64,000 bases of DNA from Leucoraja erinacea (Eukaryota): assembly GCF_028641065.1 (NCBI RefSeq), contig NC_073382.1, positions 58,280,001 to 58,344,000 of the forward strand, given 5' to 3'. Position 1 is the stretch's first letter. Each line of letters begins with the position of its first letter. Of this stretch, positions 10,900 through 24,467 are shown piece after piece. The translations under genes were made by a program, and so were the position numbers. The notes beneath the pieces are model-generated. The model searched no databases, was not told the origin of the DNA, and saw only the letters and a program-made list of their open reading frames with translations.

Positions 10900-13800
10900 A
10901 GTGTTTACCAAACGTGAATTCTGGAGAGGAAAGTACTTTGCTGATGTAAGACGCAAGGTTAAAGAATCAAGTAGGCACAGCAGGACAGGGCATACGGTGC
11001 AGTTATAAAATGTTGATGTCGCCCAAAATTATTCAGATCTGTGACAAATTCTGGTTCAGGAACAGAAATGCAGCTCAAAGAAAGTCAAGAAATTAACATG
11101 TCAATAATATCATAGCATTAAATGCGTGGCTCAAAGATTGGTGCAAGAAAAATTAGATTCAAATCATGGGACATTAGTTTCAGTACTGGAGGAAAAAGTT
11201 GTTCCATTGGTTGGGACTTAACTTGAATGAAGGTTTGCAAGAATGATTCGAGGAATGAGTGAGTTAGCATATGATGAGTGCTTGACAGCACTGGGCCTTT
11301 GCTCACTGGAGTTTAGAAGGTTGAGGGGGGCCTCATTGAAATAATGAAATGCATAGATAAATTGGATGTGGAAAGGATGTTTCCACAAGGGGGAGAATGT
11401 AGGGCCAGAGGTCATAGCCTCAGAATTAAAGGGCACTCTTTTAGAAAGGAGATGAGGAGGAACGTCTTTAGTCAAGGATAGTTAATCTGTGGAATTCATT
11501 GCCACAGAGGGCTGTGGAGGCCAAGTCAGTGTAGATTTTTAAGGCAGGGATAGGCAAATTCTTGATTAGAACTGGTGTCAAGAGTTATGGGGAGAAGGCA
11601 GGAAAATGGGATTAGGAGGCAGAGATCAGCCATGATTGAATGGCGGAGTAGACTTGATGGGACGAATGGCCTAATTCTACTCCTATAACTTGTGAACTTG
11701 AATCGGGCTGGCACCATCACTAATTAATTAAATAACTATGGGATGTATCTTAGATTTTAAACTAAAAAGTAGGGTGGGAAGAATAGCAGGCACCAAAAAC
11801 AAGAAAATTGGAAATATAAAGAGAAGGAACAAGGACATTTCTCATGATTATGAAATGGATAATGGTAACCAGGTCTGCTCATAAAAGGACAGAACATGAC
11901 AATGTAAGGGAGTATACCTCTAACACAGCAAGAGGGGGAAATTGTTCAAAAGAAGTATAAGAGAAGCTCCAGATGAATGTAGCACGTGGGTCCATTCAAG
12001 GCTAAGACTGGAAAAATTACTTTAGGGAATAAAAAAGAGGAAATGAATTATTTGTTATTGCATGCATAGAAAACGACACAGAAAACCTAACAGAAATAAT
12101 AGCTCGAAAGTGAAAACGGACAGAAATTGACATGAGCAAAGAAAATTAGCCAGATTAATTGGAATTAAAGTAATGAATTTCAAGTTACAAATGACCAACA
12201 TCCCAAGGATTTGAAAGCAGTTATGATCGAGATAGTGGATGCAGTGTTTGCCCCATTCCATAATTCCACCGGTCTGAAAATGAAAGCATGTTTGACAAAT
12301 CAGTTAGAATGTTTATCAAAAGTTTGGATATGAGGACCAATGTAATATATCCAATCTTGCTGATGATACAAAGCTGGATGGTGGGGCATGTTGTCAGGTA
12401 GATGCAGAGGGGGGTTAGGAGAGTGCAGATAAATTATGTGAATGAGTTAGGACACGGTAGATGGAATACAATGTAGAAAAATGTAGCATCATCCACATTG
12501 GCAGAGAAAAATAGAAATACAAAGTAGCCCATCACTTAAATGGTGACATTAATAAATGCTGGTATTTATGTAGACCAGGGTGAACTTAGTCTGTGAATGA
12601 CAATGTGTTATCATGCAAGTACAGGAAGCAATTACAAAAGCAAACGGTATGTTGATCTTCAATGCAAAAGGATGAGTACAAGAGTGAGTGGTAAATTCTA
12701 TTGATTCCCAGTGACACTACACAAGGAATATTGCCTACAGGTCTTGTCTGTCTACGCAAGGGCAAATACAAGCAAATTAAAGGCAATGAAGATTTGTATA
12801 TTAATGATTTGGACGAGAGGATTGAAGGCTTTGCGGCCAAGTTTGCGGATGATGCGAAAATAGGTGGAAGGGCACGTAGTGCCCAGAAAGCAGGAACTCT
12901 GCAGAAGGACTTGGGCAGGTTGGGAGAGTGGGCAGAGAAGTGGCAGATGGAATATAGTGTAGCAAAGTGTGGAGTCATGCATTTTGGTAATAGGAATAAA
13001 GGCATAAACTATTTTCTAAATGGGGAGAGAATCCAGAAATCGGAGCTGCAAAGAGACTAGGAAGTCTCTGGTGGTGCAGGATTCCTAAAAAGTTAATCTG
13101 CAAGTCGAATCGATAGTAAAGAAAGCTAACTCAATGCTAGCATTTATTTCAAGAGGGCTTGTATACAAAAACAGGGATATAATGCTGAGGCTCCATAAGG
13201 CGTTGGTAAGGCCTCATTTGGAATATTGTGAGCAATTCTGGGCACCATATCCGAGGAAGGATGTGCTGGCTCAGGAGCGGGTCCAGAGGAGGTTTACAAG
13301 ACTGATCCCAGGAATGAGTAGGTTAACCTATGATGTGCGTTTGTCGGCACTGGGCCTGTATTCGCTGGAGTTTAGAAGAATGAGGGGGATCTCATTGAAA
13401 CATACAGAATAGTTAAAGGCTTGGATAGAGTGGATGTTGCGAGGATGTTTCCACTGGTGGGAGTCTAGGATTAGAGGTCAAAGTCTCAGAATTAAAGGAC
13501 GTTCTTTTAAGAAGGAGATGAGGAAAATTTAGTCAGAGGGTTGTGAATCTGTGGAATTCTTTGCCACAGAAGGCTGTGGATGTCAAGTCAGTGGATATTT
13601 TGAAGGCAGAGATGGATAGATTTTTGATTAGTATAGGTGTCAGAGGTTATGGGGAGAAGGCAGGAGAATGGGGTTGGGAGGGAGAGATAGATCAGCCATG
13701 ATTGAATGGCGGAGGAGACTTGATGGTCCGAATGGCCTAATTCTACACCTCTCACTTATGAACTATTCCTCAACTCAATTTCTACAACTGGAAGGGGTCT

Positions 13801-14150
13801 GTTGGCATCAATTTAACACACTAGGCCTAAACTTAAGAAATTTGAATCCTATTGAAACATACAAAACTCTAAGGAGAGCTGCAGTGGCTAGAATCAGGGA
13901 GCACAGTCTCAAAATAAGGGTCAGTCATACGGGGCAGACATGATGAAAAGGAGCAATTTCTTCACGGGACTACAATGAATCACTAACATTTTCTGCTCAG
14001 AGGGTTGTGAAGAAATGTAGATTACTATGTTCAAGACAAACCAATACACTTTTAAAGAAATCGAGGAATATGGTGTTACTACAGGAAAGTGGCACCCATG
14101 TAAGAAACAGCCATGATCTTATGTGACTGAGAGTTGCCAAAAGATTTGTT
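10900..14150 (+). mobile_element. Cluster of nested CR1 pieces: old copy with ORF1 remnant, younger inserts at ~11230-11700 and ~12790-13765
   Basis: ORF1-like NAWLKDWCKK at ~11121; RT KFADDAKIGG, LVRPHLEYCEQFWAP; two separate 3' ends. Confidence 0.8.
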
Positions 14151-14429
14151 TCTGCTTATCTAAGATCTTATGCTTATTAATCACTGTTCATCTTTCTTTT
14201 TGAGGAGCCAACAACTAATATTATTTTCACTCTATGTTTACACCAGTTTTAAATTTAAGTTGTTTTAACTTGTAAAGGAAACAGCATCTTGACACCCAGT
14301 CAATCTCCCTCAGAATTTTGTTCATCTTATATGGGATTGCCTTTCATTTTTCTAAACTCGAGTAAAATCCTTTTAGTTTCTCGTCATAAGACCAATTTCT
14401 TCAACCCAAGAATAGATCTACTCAAATGG

Positions 14430-14887
14430 CGGGATGGCGGGACTGTCATATGCTGAGAGAATGGAGCAGCTGAGCTTGTACACTGTGGAGTTTAGAAGGA
14501 GGAGAGGATATATCATTGAAACATATAAGATTGTTAAGGGCTTGGACATGCTAGAGGCAGGAAACATGTTCCCGGTGTTGTGGGAGTCCAGAACCAGGGA
14601 TCACAGTTTAAGAATAAGGAGTAAGCCGTTTAGAACGAAGATGAGGAAACACGTTTTCTCACAGAGAGTGGCGGGTCTGTGGAATTCTCTGCCTCAGAGG
14701 CCGGTTCTCTTGATGCTTTCAAGAGAGAGGTAGATAGGGCTCTTAAAAATAGCGGAGTCAGGGCTTATGGGGAGAAGGCAGGAACGGGGTACTGATTGGC
14801 GATGATCAGCCATGATCACATTGAATGGCGGTGCTGGCTCGAAGGGCCAAATGGCCTACTCCTGCACCTATTGTCTATTGTCTATTA
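14430..14887 (+). mobile_element. CR1 3' fragment, (ATTGTCT)n tail
   Basis: LSYAERMEQL...LWNSLPQR; ctattgtctattgtctatt. Confidence 0.9.
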
Positions 14888-15386
14888 ATCTATGTTGCTT
14901 TGTATCCACCCTTCCTCCAAGGCTGTATACAAGACTCAATATCCATTGCCAACTGCCTTGATAATCTGAGCAAGACTTTCTTACTCTTTTCCACAGGACA
15001 ATATACCATTTGTCTTTCTATTTGTTTCGTATCTGCTCCATGCTGCAATGTTTCACTATTTAGATGGCTGTAAGTGTTACATGATCAATCAAAATTATTA
15101 AAAATTCACCACAGAAGTTTTAACACATGAATTCAGGATGTAACAAATTCATGCTAGGTTGCATTAGGATTTTGAACATGTGTCTGAATTTCACTTTCCA
15201 GCAAATCATATGACGACAGAAGAGAAACAAAACATATGGAAACAATCCCCTTTGAGATGGCAGCAAAATGAAGTGAGAAAAAACAAAATTAAAATTATTT
15301 GTAAATGGACATTAATCCAAACACCACTATGAACAAGCATGCACAAATTCGTGGTTCCTTGTGTATGAAGTGACAATAAAAATCAC

Positions 15387-15548
15387 CTGTTCTCTCTCCA
15401 CTCGCCTCTTTTCTTCTTCTGCCCTTCTTCTTTCCTCCTCCTCCTTTTTCCGACGTTCCAATTCATCTAGTCTTCGCTTTTCCTCTTGCTCTCTCCGCCT
15501 TTGTTCACGCTCCTGTTGCCTTCGTGATTCTCGTTCCCTTCTCTGTTG
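15387..15548 (-). CDS. MAP4K4: MAP4K4 exon ~13 (162 nt), coiled coil
   Basis: cag|[54 protein letters not shown]|gtgat. Confidence 0.95.
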
Positions 15549-16089
15549 CTGCGCAGGTTTAAAAAAATTCTTATTAACAACTGCCAAATTGTTGAATATA
15601 CCATAAATCAATTCTGCTGTCAATGTTCATTGAGGTTTTTCAGTAGTCTGTTCCATTGGTACCAAGTAATGGGAGACAAATGTAAAAATAAAGTCAATAC
15701 AATAAAGTGAAACTTGATTAATATTTTGTAAAAATTTTGCAGCTATTTTTTAATCCATATCAACAGCTAAAGCTTTCTAAATATTACGTCAACGAGGGAA
15801 AGGGCAGATCCAGGTTGTATTTTTGGATTGTTTCAAATAGAGGCAACCATCACTGGTTGCTTCATAAATGATCTTCCCTCCCTTATCAGCAGCTGTCAGG
15901 GTAGATACTGGAAGATATCTGCTCTTAATTTAGTTTAGAGCAAAGGGCCACAGTCTCAGAATATAGTCTCAATCATTTAAGTCCTAGAAAAGAAGAATCT
16001 TCAGAACTATTTACTGCAGAAAGCTGTGGGTGTAAAGTAGTTCAATATATTCAAGGCCTTAAACAATATTTTTTAAACAAAGAAAACAA

Positions 16090-16307
16090 AAAGTGCTGGA
16101 GTAACTCAATATGTCTGGAGAACATTGATAGGAGACAATCTTCAGACTGATTGGCGATGGGGGGAAAAAGTTGGAAGAGAGAGTTGCCCCTCCTCTCTTC
16201 CAGCTTTCTTTCCTCCCTACAACCAGTCTGAAGAAGGGCCCCAACCCAAAACGTCACCTATCCATGTTCTCCAGAGATGCTGCCAGACCCGTTGAGTTAC
16301 TCCAGCA
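16090..16307. mobile_element. Palindromic Penelope terminal-repeat mini-element
   Basis: Inverted arms tgctggagtaactcaa / ttgagttactccagca and cttcagactg / cagtctgaag. Confidence 0.7.
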
Positions 16308-17047
16308 GATTGCGCCTTCTTTCTGGAATGGATGTTGGGTTAGTATAGGACAGTTCACTGTACACCATTGAAAGGTACTGAAAGCTGAGGGCAAAATCAT
16401 CCATACTTGCTCCCAATGGTTTGTTCTTGCAGGGTTAGACGCGAGTCCTCACAAATGATTTCTGAACTTAATTTGCAATTCCTCAGACAAAAAAATTCAG
16501 ACAGCATACATGATCCCAACAAGATTTGGGCTTGGGTTGGTTGACATCAAGTTCATTTGACACAAATGCCAGGCTTGATAGACTTATACAAAAACTTCTA
16601 ACCATGTCCTCTTGACATCAATGGGATACCATAGTCAGATCCCCTCCCATCAATACCTTGAGAGGGTTACCGAAAACCTAAATGGACCAGCTATGCCAAC
16701 AGTGATGTTAAAGAGCAAGTCAGAAGCTGGGTATTCTGCACTAGTTGCTCTCTTTTTGACTTCTTTCAGCTTGTCACACCTAGCAAGTGAATGTCAGGAG
16801 CACAAATAAAATGCACTTGGCTAAATTAACCCATCTTATAAAGCTTATCACCATCCAGTGTACAGCAGCTAGTTTTATCAGTAATCCGTTGACTGCTTTA
16901 AACTGCTTCCACCACTATACAATGTAGCTGCACTTTCTTTTAGTGGGATGCATAGCAGCAAAACAGTTAGGCATGATTGATAGTAGTTTCTAAACCTTTA
17001 CCAAGAACAATGGCCATGGAACATCTCCACTTACAAATTCAAACTCA

Positions 17048-17150
17048 TATCAGTCTGAAAAAGGGTCTCGACCCGAAACGTAGCCAATTCCTTCGCTCCA
17101 TAGATGCTGCCTCACCCACTGAGTTTCTCCAGCATTTTTGTCTACCTTCA
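17048..17150 (+). mobile_element. Penelope terminal-repeat fragment
   Basis: Near-identical to reverse complement of 54686-54785, which caps a GIY-YIG element. Confidence 0.8.
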
Positions 17151-19259
17151 CTGAGACGTTAAGTTATTTCTTTATCAACGCCAGGTTAAAAGTCCTGGAA
17201 CTCCCGATTTAACAGCACCACCACAGTCTGCAGCTGTACAAGGTAGCTCACAGGTCACTGAGGAATTAAGTTTCCAGACTTGCCAATGATGCTTAATCCT
17301 ATTCATATTTTTAAAAATCTTTTAAAAATCACGCACAATGAAAGTTCAAGACTGAGTTATGACTCCCTTTCATCCCTCACATTATTTTCCACATAATGTT
17401 ATTTCATATTACTGGCTCTTCTTTTCTTGACTATTAATATTCAATATTTTATTTACGTAATCATAACTTTCGGCACTATTTTGTGAAACAATACCAGGTT
17501 TGAAAAGCAAAGATAATGCTGTAAAGATATTAAGTCAATGTGGATCATGTCTAGATTAAACCAAATGTGGTTACACATATAATGGGAGACTTCACTTGAA
17601 AAGGTGTTGGAGATGAAACAAAGCTGCGAACAATGAAAACTAATAGTACCCATAATTTTAAAAAGTCCTGATGTTACTTTTAAACTGGTGATTGAAGGAT
17701 AAAACAGATTCATTCCTTAACATCAAGGTGGTGGGAAGGAAAAAAAAATCAAATTCAGTAATAAGTTTTCTGTTAATAAAACTGAAATAAAGACATTGCA
17801 AAGAATAAATTGAGGTAACAACTGTTAAAGGCCAACTATAAAATCTGTCAGCAGAAAATTTGATAAGAGTATCCATTTATTTAAGTCAAATATATTGGAA
17901 AATAAATATAAAATAATCACTTTGTTTCAAATATGCACATTGTTAAAAGTAAATGAATGGACAATACAATGACATTTGCTAAATCTCTCAGCTCTTTGTT
18001 TTTTTCCTCCCAAGCACATGAGGAATCTACAAATGGATAAACTGCAACTACAGCACTGTGCATCATTCCCACTTAAATGAAAAGATTACAAAATGATCTA
18101 CTCTCTCTAATTCACAGAAGGTATTTGTCAGCCCAGATCACTATTAGGATACTTTGAGGAATATTGCCCATTCAATTCATTACAACTTTATTTTGCTTCT
18201 ACCTCAATTGAATCCATGTTTTCAAATGCCATTCAATCATCCACCATAAATGTATCAGTGGTGTTTTTATTATGTACACGGGTTTCTACAGTTATTACGA
18301 ACATACTTGAACAAAAAAATTCTAAAATTGACTTGACTATGAACATTCTAAAGTGTCCAACTTAATGCGGAGAAGCATGGTGAAAACTAAACATAGTACA
18401 AATAACCATGTCAGCAGAATTCATTTACTTCCATTTGTTTTTAGTCACAGTTGAGCAGCACAGGAATAGTAGGCTTTTCGGCCCACCCTGGCCTTGCTAT
18501 ATCTCCATTAATCCCATTAGATTGGGGGGCAAAGGGTGGTGGGTGTATGGAACGAGTTGCCGGAGGAGGTAGGTACTATCGCAACGCTTAAGAACAGGTA
18601 CATAAATTGGACAGGTTCGAGTGGTTTGCTGTCATATGTCCCGAAACAGAATGAAACAATTTAAATAATCCATTTCTCTGTTGATTCAAGTTCAATATCT
18701 CTTAAAATAATTACCCTCTCCCATATATAGTTTAAAAATAACATTGATTATTAAAACATTTGTAGATATGCACAAATATAAAGTTTGCCTCACAAAATTA
18801 TAAATTACAATTTTCATTCAAGCTATTACTAAATGCTTGTTTATTGCCACAATGCACGACATGAATATGAAAGGTATTTCAATATTAGGCATTTCTAATA
18901 GATATTTATGCAGATCACCTTCTTCCTGACTATGCAGACTATTGTGGTGGCCACAAATGGACGCACTGTTGGTCTGCTATTGAAACTGCTGGCATTCTTG
19001 TGTCATGGCTCATCCGCTACAAAGCAGCTTAGTTCACTTTGGTTCCAGTCTCTATATCTAATACAGCAGCACAGCTGTGTCATAGCAATCCAGGCAAAGC
19101 ACAGGATTCAAAACTCAACAATTTCAATGGCGATTGAGAAGTAAAGGAGAAAAGTTACCTTTAAGAAATAAATGTTATGCTTAAATGTTTTTATTTATAA
19201 GCATTTTCATATTTTAAATGTCAATGTCAGCAACATGAAAAATATTAAAATCAATCAAT

Positions 19260-19550
19260 AGCGCAGCGGTAGAGTTGCTGCCTCACCGCGACAGAGACCC
19301 AGGTTCAATGCTGACAAGGGTGCTGTATGTATGGAGTTTGTGTGTTCTCCCTGTAACTTGCCTTGTTTTCTCCAGCAGCTTTAGTTTCCTCCCACACTCC
19401 AAAGAAGTGTAGGTCTGTAGGCTAATTGGCTTGGTATAATTGTCCCTAATGTGTGTCGGAGAGTGTTATTGTGCAGGGATCGCTGGTCGGCACGGATTCG
19501 GTGGGCCGAAAGGCCTGTTTCTGCATTGTATCTCTAAACTAAACTAAACA
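19260..19550 (+). mobile_element. tRNA-derived SINE (HE1-like)
   Basis: gcgcagcggtagag...ggttcaatgc; core ggagtttg; tail gtatctct(aaact)n. Confidence 0.8.
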
Positions 19551-19781
19551 AAACAATGACAGTTTCCACATCCATATAATGCTACACCAGTCCTGCTGCT
19601 TATTGAATTTTGTTACAGGTATTTGGGGTGGAGCCTCATCAATGTGAGTCCAGGTTGTGGAGGGACAGCAAGGTTAATTTTCCTGTCCCGTGTAAGCACG
19701 GGTGGACCATGAGGAGCAATTCCAAGGAGGAGAACTCAGCCAACTAAGTTGACCTTATATATATACTCTTTAAAAAAATAC

Positions 19782-19992
19782 CTCTTCAAGCCTTCGCCTT
19801 TGTTCTTTCTGTTGCTCGATTCGTTTTTGGCGCTCTGCAAGGAGCTGTCTTTTATATTCTTCCTGTTCCCGGAGCTGCTGTTCTTGAAGATGTTGTTGCC
19901 TGCGCATTGCCTCAGAACGCTCCTTGTTCTCCTGTTGCAATCTCAGGAAGTCACGACGAAGAGTCGATTCTCCAGGCACATTTACAATTGAA
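19782..19992 (-). CDS. MAP4K4: MAP4K4 exon ~12 (211 nt), coiled coil
   Basis: tag|(S)[70 protein letters not shown]|gtatt. Confidence 0.96.
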
Positions 19993-22789
19993 CTAAAAAA
20001 AACCGATATCATATATTTTACTCCATGTTTTTCTCAGAGATAACTGTGAGTAGAAGTAGTTTAAATGAGGAAATTAGAGTGCAAGTGGATTTAGATATAG
20101 TTCCATGAGTCACACGAATGACAATGGCTTTTAGAATAGATAAATGCTTAGTTATGCGATCGGAAAGGCACACACATTTTGCAGAGATTGTACTTTCAAA
20201 TCACGTTTGCAAAAGGGCCAGATTGTGGTTATATTGTTTAAAGTACAGCATCAATAGAATCCTGAAAATTAAACTGGAATGTAGCAATACTTCATTATCT
20301 TGCACAACTAAATACCGTGCTTTGTTTCAGTTCATCACTGGGTGCTTTTAAAAGTTACAATTTAAATTATGTATGGGATTAATTGAGATGGGTGAGCAAT
20401 GCAGATGCATGAGTACAATGTACTTAAGCAAAACAGAAACTTCTCCAAATAGCTCAGGAGGTCAGACAGCATCCATCAGTGGAAATAAAAACAGTCACAT
20501 TACAGGTGAATGGCCTTTCAGCGACCTTTAAAGATCATCAACCCAAAACTATAATGTGTTCTCTCTTCACGGGTGCTGCCTGACTTTGTAACGGTTTACA
20601 ACATTTCCCAATTTTATTTCAGATATACAGCAACTGCATATTTTTATTTGCTTTGCAATGGCAATTTATGAAATCATAGGTTTAGGTCTGATTTTGATAA
20701 TTTGCCATGGACACAGCAATATCACACATTTTCTAAAATCCATTTATTTTTGCCTCACTTGGGAAGACTGTGAATGAGGTGGCTTTAAGGCCATGTACAG
20801 GTTCATGTGCGACTAACAAGCAGCAGCTGTCATTGTTGTTTTTCTTCCCTCCATTTTTCTCTTTTGCTTATAAAGAACTTTAATTTCTCAATATTGATTC
20901 AACATAATTTTTTATCATCTGATAACTTCTTGATTAGCTCAATGCTTTAAAGTTTACATGTACCCTTCGAACCCAATGCAAAATTATATTCCTTCATGCA
21001 TCAGGACTTCTTAGGTTCCTCAGAATTTATGAAATGGCACCAAGTTTTGAGTTTGTTGTTTACACTTCTCTCTTGCAGACAGTCACATTAGTTTATGACG
21101 AAGTACATCATTACTTTCAATTAGATAGACTTTTCAGATTGTGTTAAGGTCTAATCTGTTATTCATCCTCCATATGAGCATTCATCCTACTTTACCTAAT
21201 CTTTTCAGCCTATCATTTTATTCTTTGCTGCAAGCACTTTGGTAACTTAGCATTAATTCACTTAAGGGTAATTTACTCAACTATCCATTCATAAATAGTT
21301 GAGATGTACTTCTTCCACTGAAAGAGGCTGGCCAGAGAATGGATTGCAACCTTTTTAAGGCAGCCCCTATTTCTAATTTATGGTAACCCTTAGATAGTTG
21401 AGCTTATCTTCTAGCACCGAGGCTGGTCATCGAATGAATTCAAGCCCTTTTCAGGCAGTCCCTGTCCCTAATTTATGGTAACCAGAGGACAACAAACAGA
21501 ACAGAATTCAAAAACATATGCCTCCACCAGAGCACATCAGGCAACAAATACAAGGTCTGGAAAAGCTAAGAAAATAGATCCACTCTGAGACATTGATAGA
21601 AAGAAGAGGTAGATTTACTATATCGACTTCTGACTGGCCAGAAAAACATTATTATGCTTGCATAAATTATTGAAGGGATTCTCCAAATACAAATAATTTA
21701 TTTCAAAATTATGTGCCATTATTTCATTATTTTATTCTCAAAGGGGCAAAACCTTTTTATTCTCTCTTTTTAAATCAATTCATTAAAATGTAAAAAAACT
21801 GCACCCAGCCGTTTTTCTAGGTTTTGTTCTGATAGAAAGTTAAACTATTTTCTTGTTCTCTTACAAGGGTATGATGTAAACACCAGGATGCAATCATAGC
21901 CTTCAGTCCCTCTCCTGGTCTATTTACAGTCTAAACTTTCCTCAACTGCATGATTAGAACAAATCATCTCCGACATTTATTTTGTGTCCACTTTTTTTGA
22001 ATTTTCAGATTACTTATGGCGTGACTAAGAAATGTTAGACACCGTTAAGAGCATTTAATTATTGATGATATCATTTGGCTGATCAAATATCAGATTGTCA
22101 CACAGATTTATGCTCTGTGCCACCAGAGGGAGGCACAGAATAGAGAACAGGCACATTTCCCTTTGGGGAACAGATAGAAGTAGAAAGTGCAGAGGGAATA
22201 AACACAAATGTTCACCTTACTAACAGTCATGTTGGAACTACAGGCCCAGCACCTGGGCAATTCTTCTATCTTTATCTCATATCTTTTGTCCTTTCATCAC
22301 TAGCCTTTGTCCAAGCATCTGTCAATCCAAAACCCCTCTCATCTGCATCCACCTATCACTTGCCACACTGTCCTGCACATTCTTCCTTCCAGTTTTCTTC
22401 CTCTTCTCCTCCCCCTATCACCACCACACTCTGAAGAAGGGTCCAAACCCAAAATGTCACCTATCCATGTTCTCCAGAAAGGCTGCCTGACCCAATGAGT
22501 TACACCAGTACTTTGTGTCTTCCCTTGAGGGCCTCACTGGTGCTGACCACAGAAAATCACCACTAATCATCTTCCTCTGAGTAGGGCAGCTATTTTATTT
22601 TAAGTACAGACACTCCCTGGGTTGGGCAAGGATTCTTGGAACCGTCCGTAACCCCAAGTACTTTGAGTCAAAAATGCTGTCTCAGATTGTGACAGTCACA
22701 CTGTTGGGTTAATTAGCTACAAAATTGTACAGTTCTGATTTAGTACTGTAGATTCAAAACGTGCCAGATCATGGGAGATATAGTTGTAG

Positions 22790-23075
22790 ATTTTAGTTTC
22801 AGAGATACAGCGTGGAAACAGGCCCTTCAGCTCACCGAGTCCATGCTGACCACATGTACACTAGTCCTATGCTACACACTAGTAACAATTTACAGAAGCT
22901 AATTAACCTACAAACCTGCACCTATTTGGAAAGTGGGAGGAAACCGGAGTACCCAGAAAAATCCAGGTGGTCATAGGGAGAACATGCAAACTCCCTACAA
23001 ATAGCACCCGTAATCAGGATCAAACCTGGCTCCCTCCCTCCCTATTAAGGCAACAACTCTACCACAGTGCCACCC
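22790..23075 (-). mobile_element. tRNA-derived SINE (HE1-like)
   Basis: Reverse complement of same head/core/tail. Confidence 0.75.
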
Positions 23076-23413
23076 ACAATGTCCAGATTTACCGAGGTCA
23101 TGCTGAGTGAGGCTCTCCGGTGAAACTGCCAGGCCACAGATTGTTGGACAAGAGATTCTAAACCTGGATTCACTTTAACCAGAGGGAATGTTGGTTGGGC
23201 ATTCACTTAACTAGAGAATCATGCACCTGAGAACTACTGTTTTTACAAAAACACCAAAAATATAATAAGTGAAAACTAGGAGCAAAGGAGAATGTAAAGG
23301 TATTAATTGTAAAAACAGAATGTAGACACAAAAGCAAAACAAATTAATTGTGAGCTTTCTTGTGACTTAGATTACAACTGTCCAAAAAAATACTTTTAGC
23401 AACATTCTATTAC

Positions 23414-23486
23414 CTTGGCTCTCCTTCTTGCTCAGGCAATTCCTCTTCTTCTTCTTCACTTCCACTGTATTCATATTCAGTTTCAT
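23414..23486 (-). CDS. MAP4K4: MAP4K4 exon ~11 (73 nt), acidic segment
   Basis: tag|(D)ETEYEYSGSEEEEEELPEQEGEP(S)|gtaat. Confidence 0.95.
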
Positions 23487-23694
23487 CTAAGTCAAGTTGG
23501 ACATTAGGCATTACAAACATCATTCAAAAACTTCAAGTCACTCGCAAAACAGTGGGAAGGAGATACGTTTATTGATGGCAGGAAAAAAACAAATCCTATC
23601 CATTACTAAATAAGCCATCATATGGTCCATTGTAGCTGTGTTAATTGGTAAGAAAGCTAGCCAAACTAAACCAATATTCTCAGTCAATATAAAA

Positions 23695-24220
23695 TGAGCC
23701 GAATTCGGAACATCTTCGAGAGAGAAGGTGAACAGCTGACAGTAGTTGTGTACGTAGGCACAAACGACATCGGGAAGAAGAGGAAGGAGGTTCTCCAACA
23801 TGACTTCAGGAGTTTAGAAGGATGAGAGGGTATCTCATTGAAACATATGATTGTTAAGGGCTTGGACACACTAGAGGCAGGAAACATGTTCCCGATGTTG
23901 GGGGAGTCCAGAACCAGGGGCCACAGTTTAAGAATAAGGAGTAAGCCATTTAGAAGAGAGACGAGGAAACACTTTTTCTCACAGAGAGCGGTGAGTCTGT
24001 GGAATTCTCTGCCTCAGAGGGTGGTAGAGGCAGGCTCTCTGGATGCTTTCAAGAGAGAGCTAGATAGGGCTCTTAAAAATAGCGGAGTCAGGGGATATGG
24101 GGAGAAGGCAGGAATGGGATACTGATTGGGGATGATCAGCCATGATCACATTGAATGACGGTGCTGGCTTGAAGGGCCAAATGGCCTGCTCCTGCACCTA
24201 TTGTCTATTGTCCATTGTCT
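23695..24220 (+). mobile_element. CR1 piece: ORF1 esterase fragment joined to ORF2 3' end
   Basis: VVVYVGTNDIGKKRKEVL then RTRGHSL...LWNSLP and 3' tail. Confidence 0.75.
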
Positions 24221-24467
24221 AAAACTGCTTCCACCATTTCACCAATGCAATGCAGAACAAGTACATTTGACAAACATTTTCATCCTTTGAACTTCCTGGG
24301 TTTTTAACCCTCCTGGCAGTGGAAAAAAGATTATTCCCATTTACTCATGTCATAACTCAGCATACTTTATCTGACTTCCCTCCCTATCATTTTATTGTAA
24401 ACAACTCCAGCTTCTCCTGTATCTCCACTTTAATGAAATCCTTCTTCAATGTGCAAACTGTGGTGCC

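Noticed and set aside
15549-19781. Possible U12-type intron (gtattttt donor, ttttaaac near acceptor)
   Set aside because: Donor lacks GTATCCTT and there is no TCCTTAAC branch; ordinary U2 intron.
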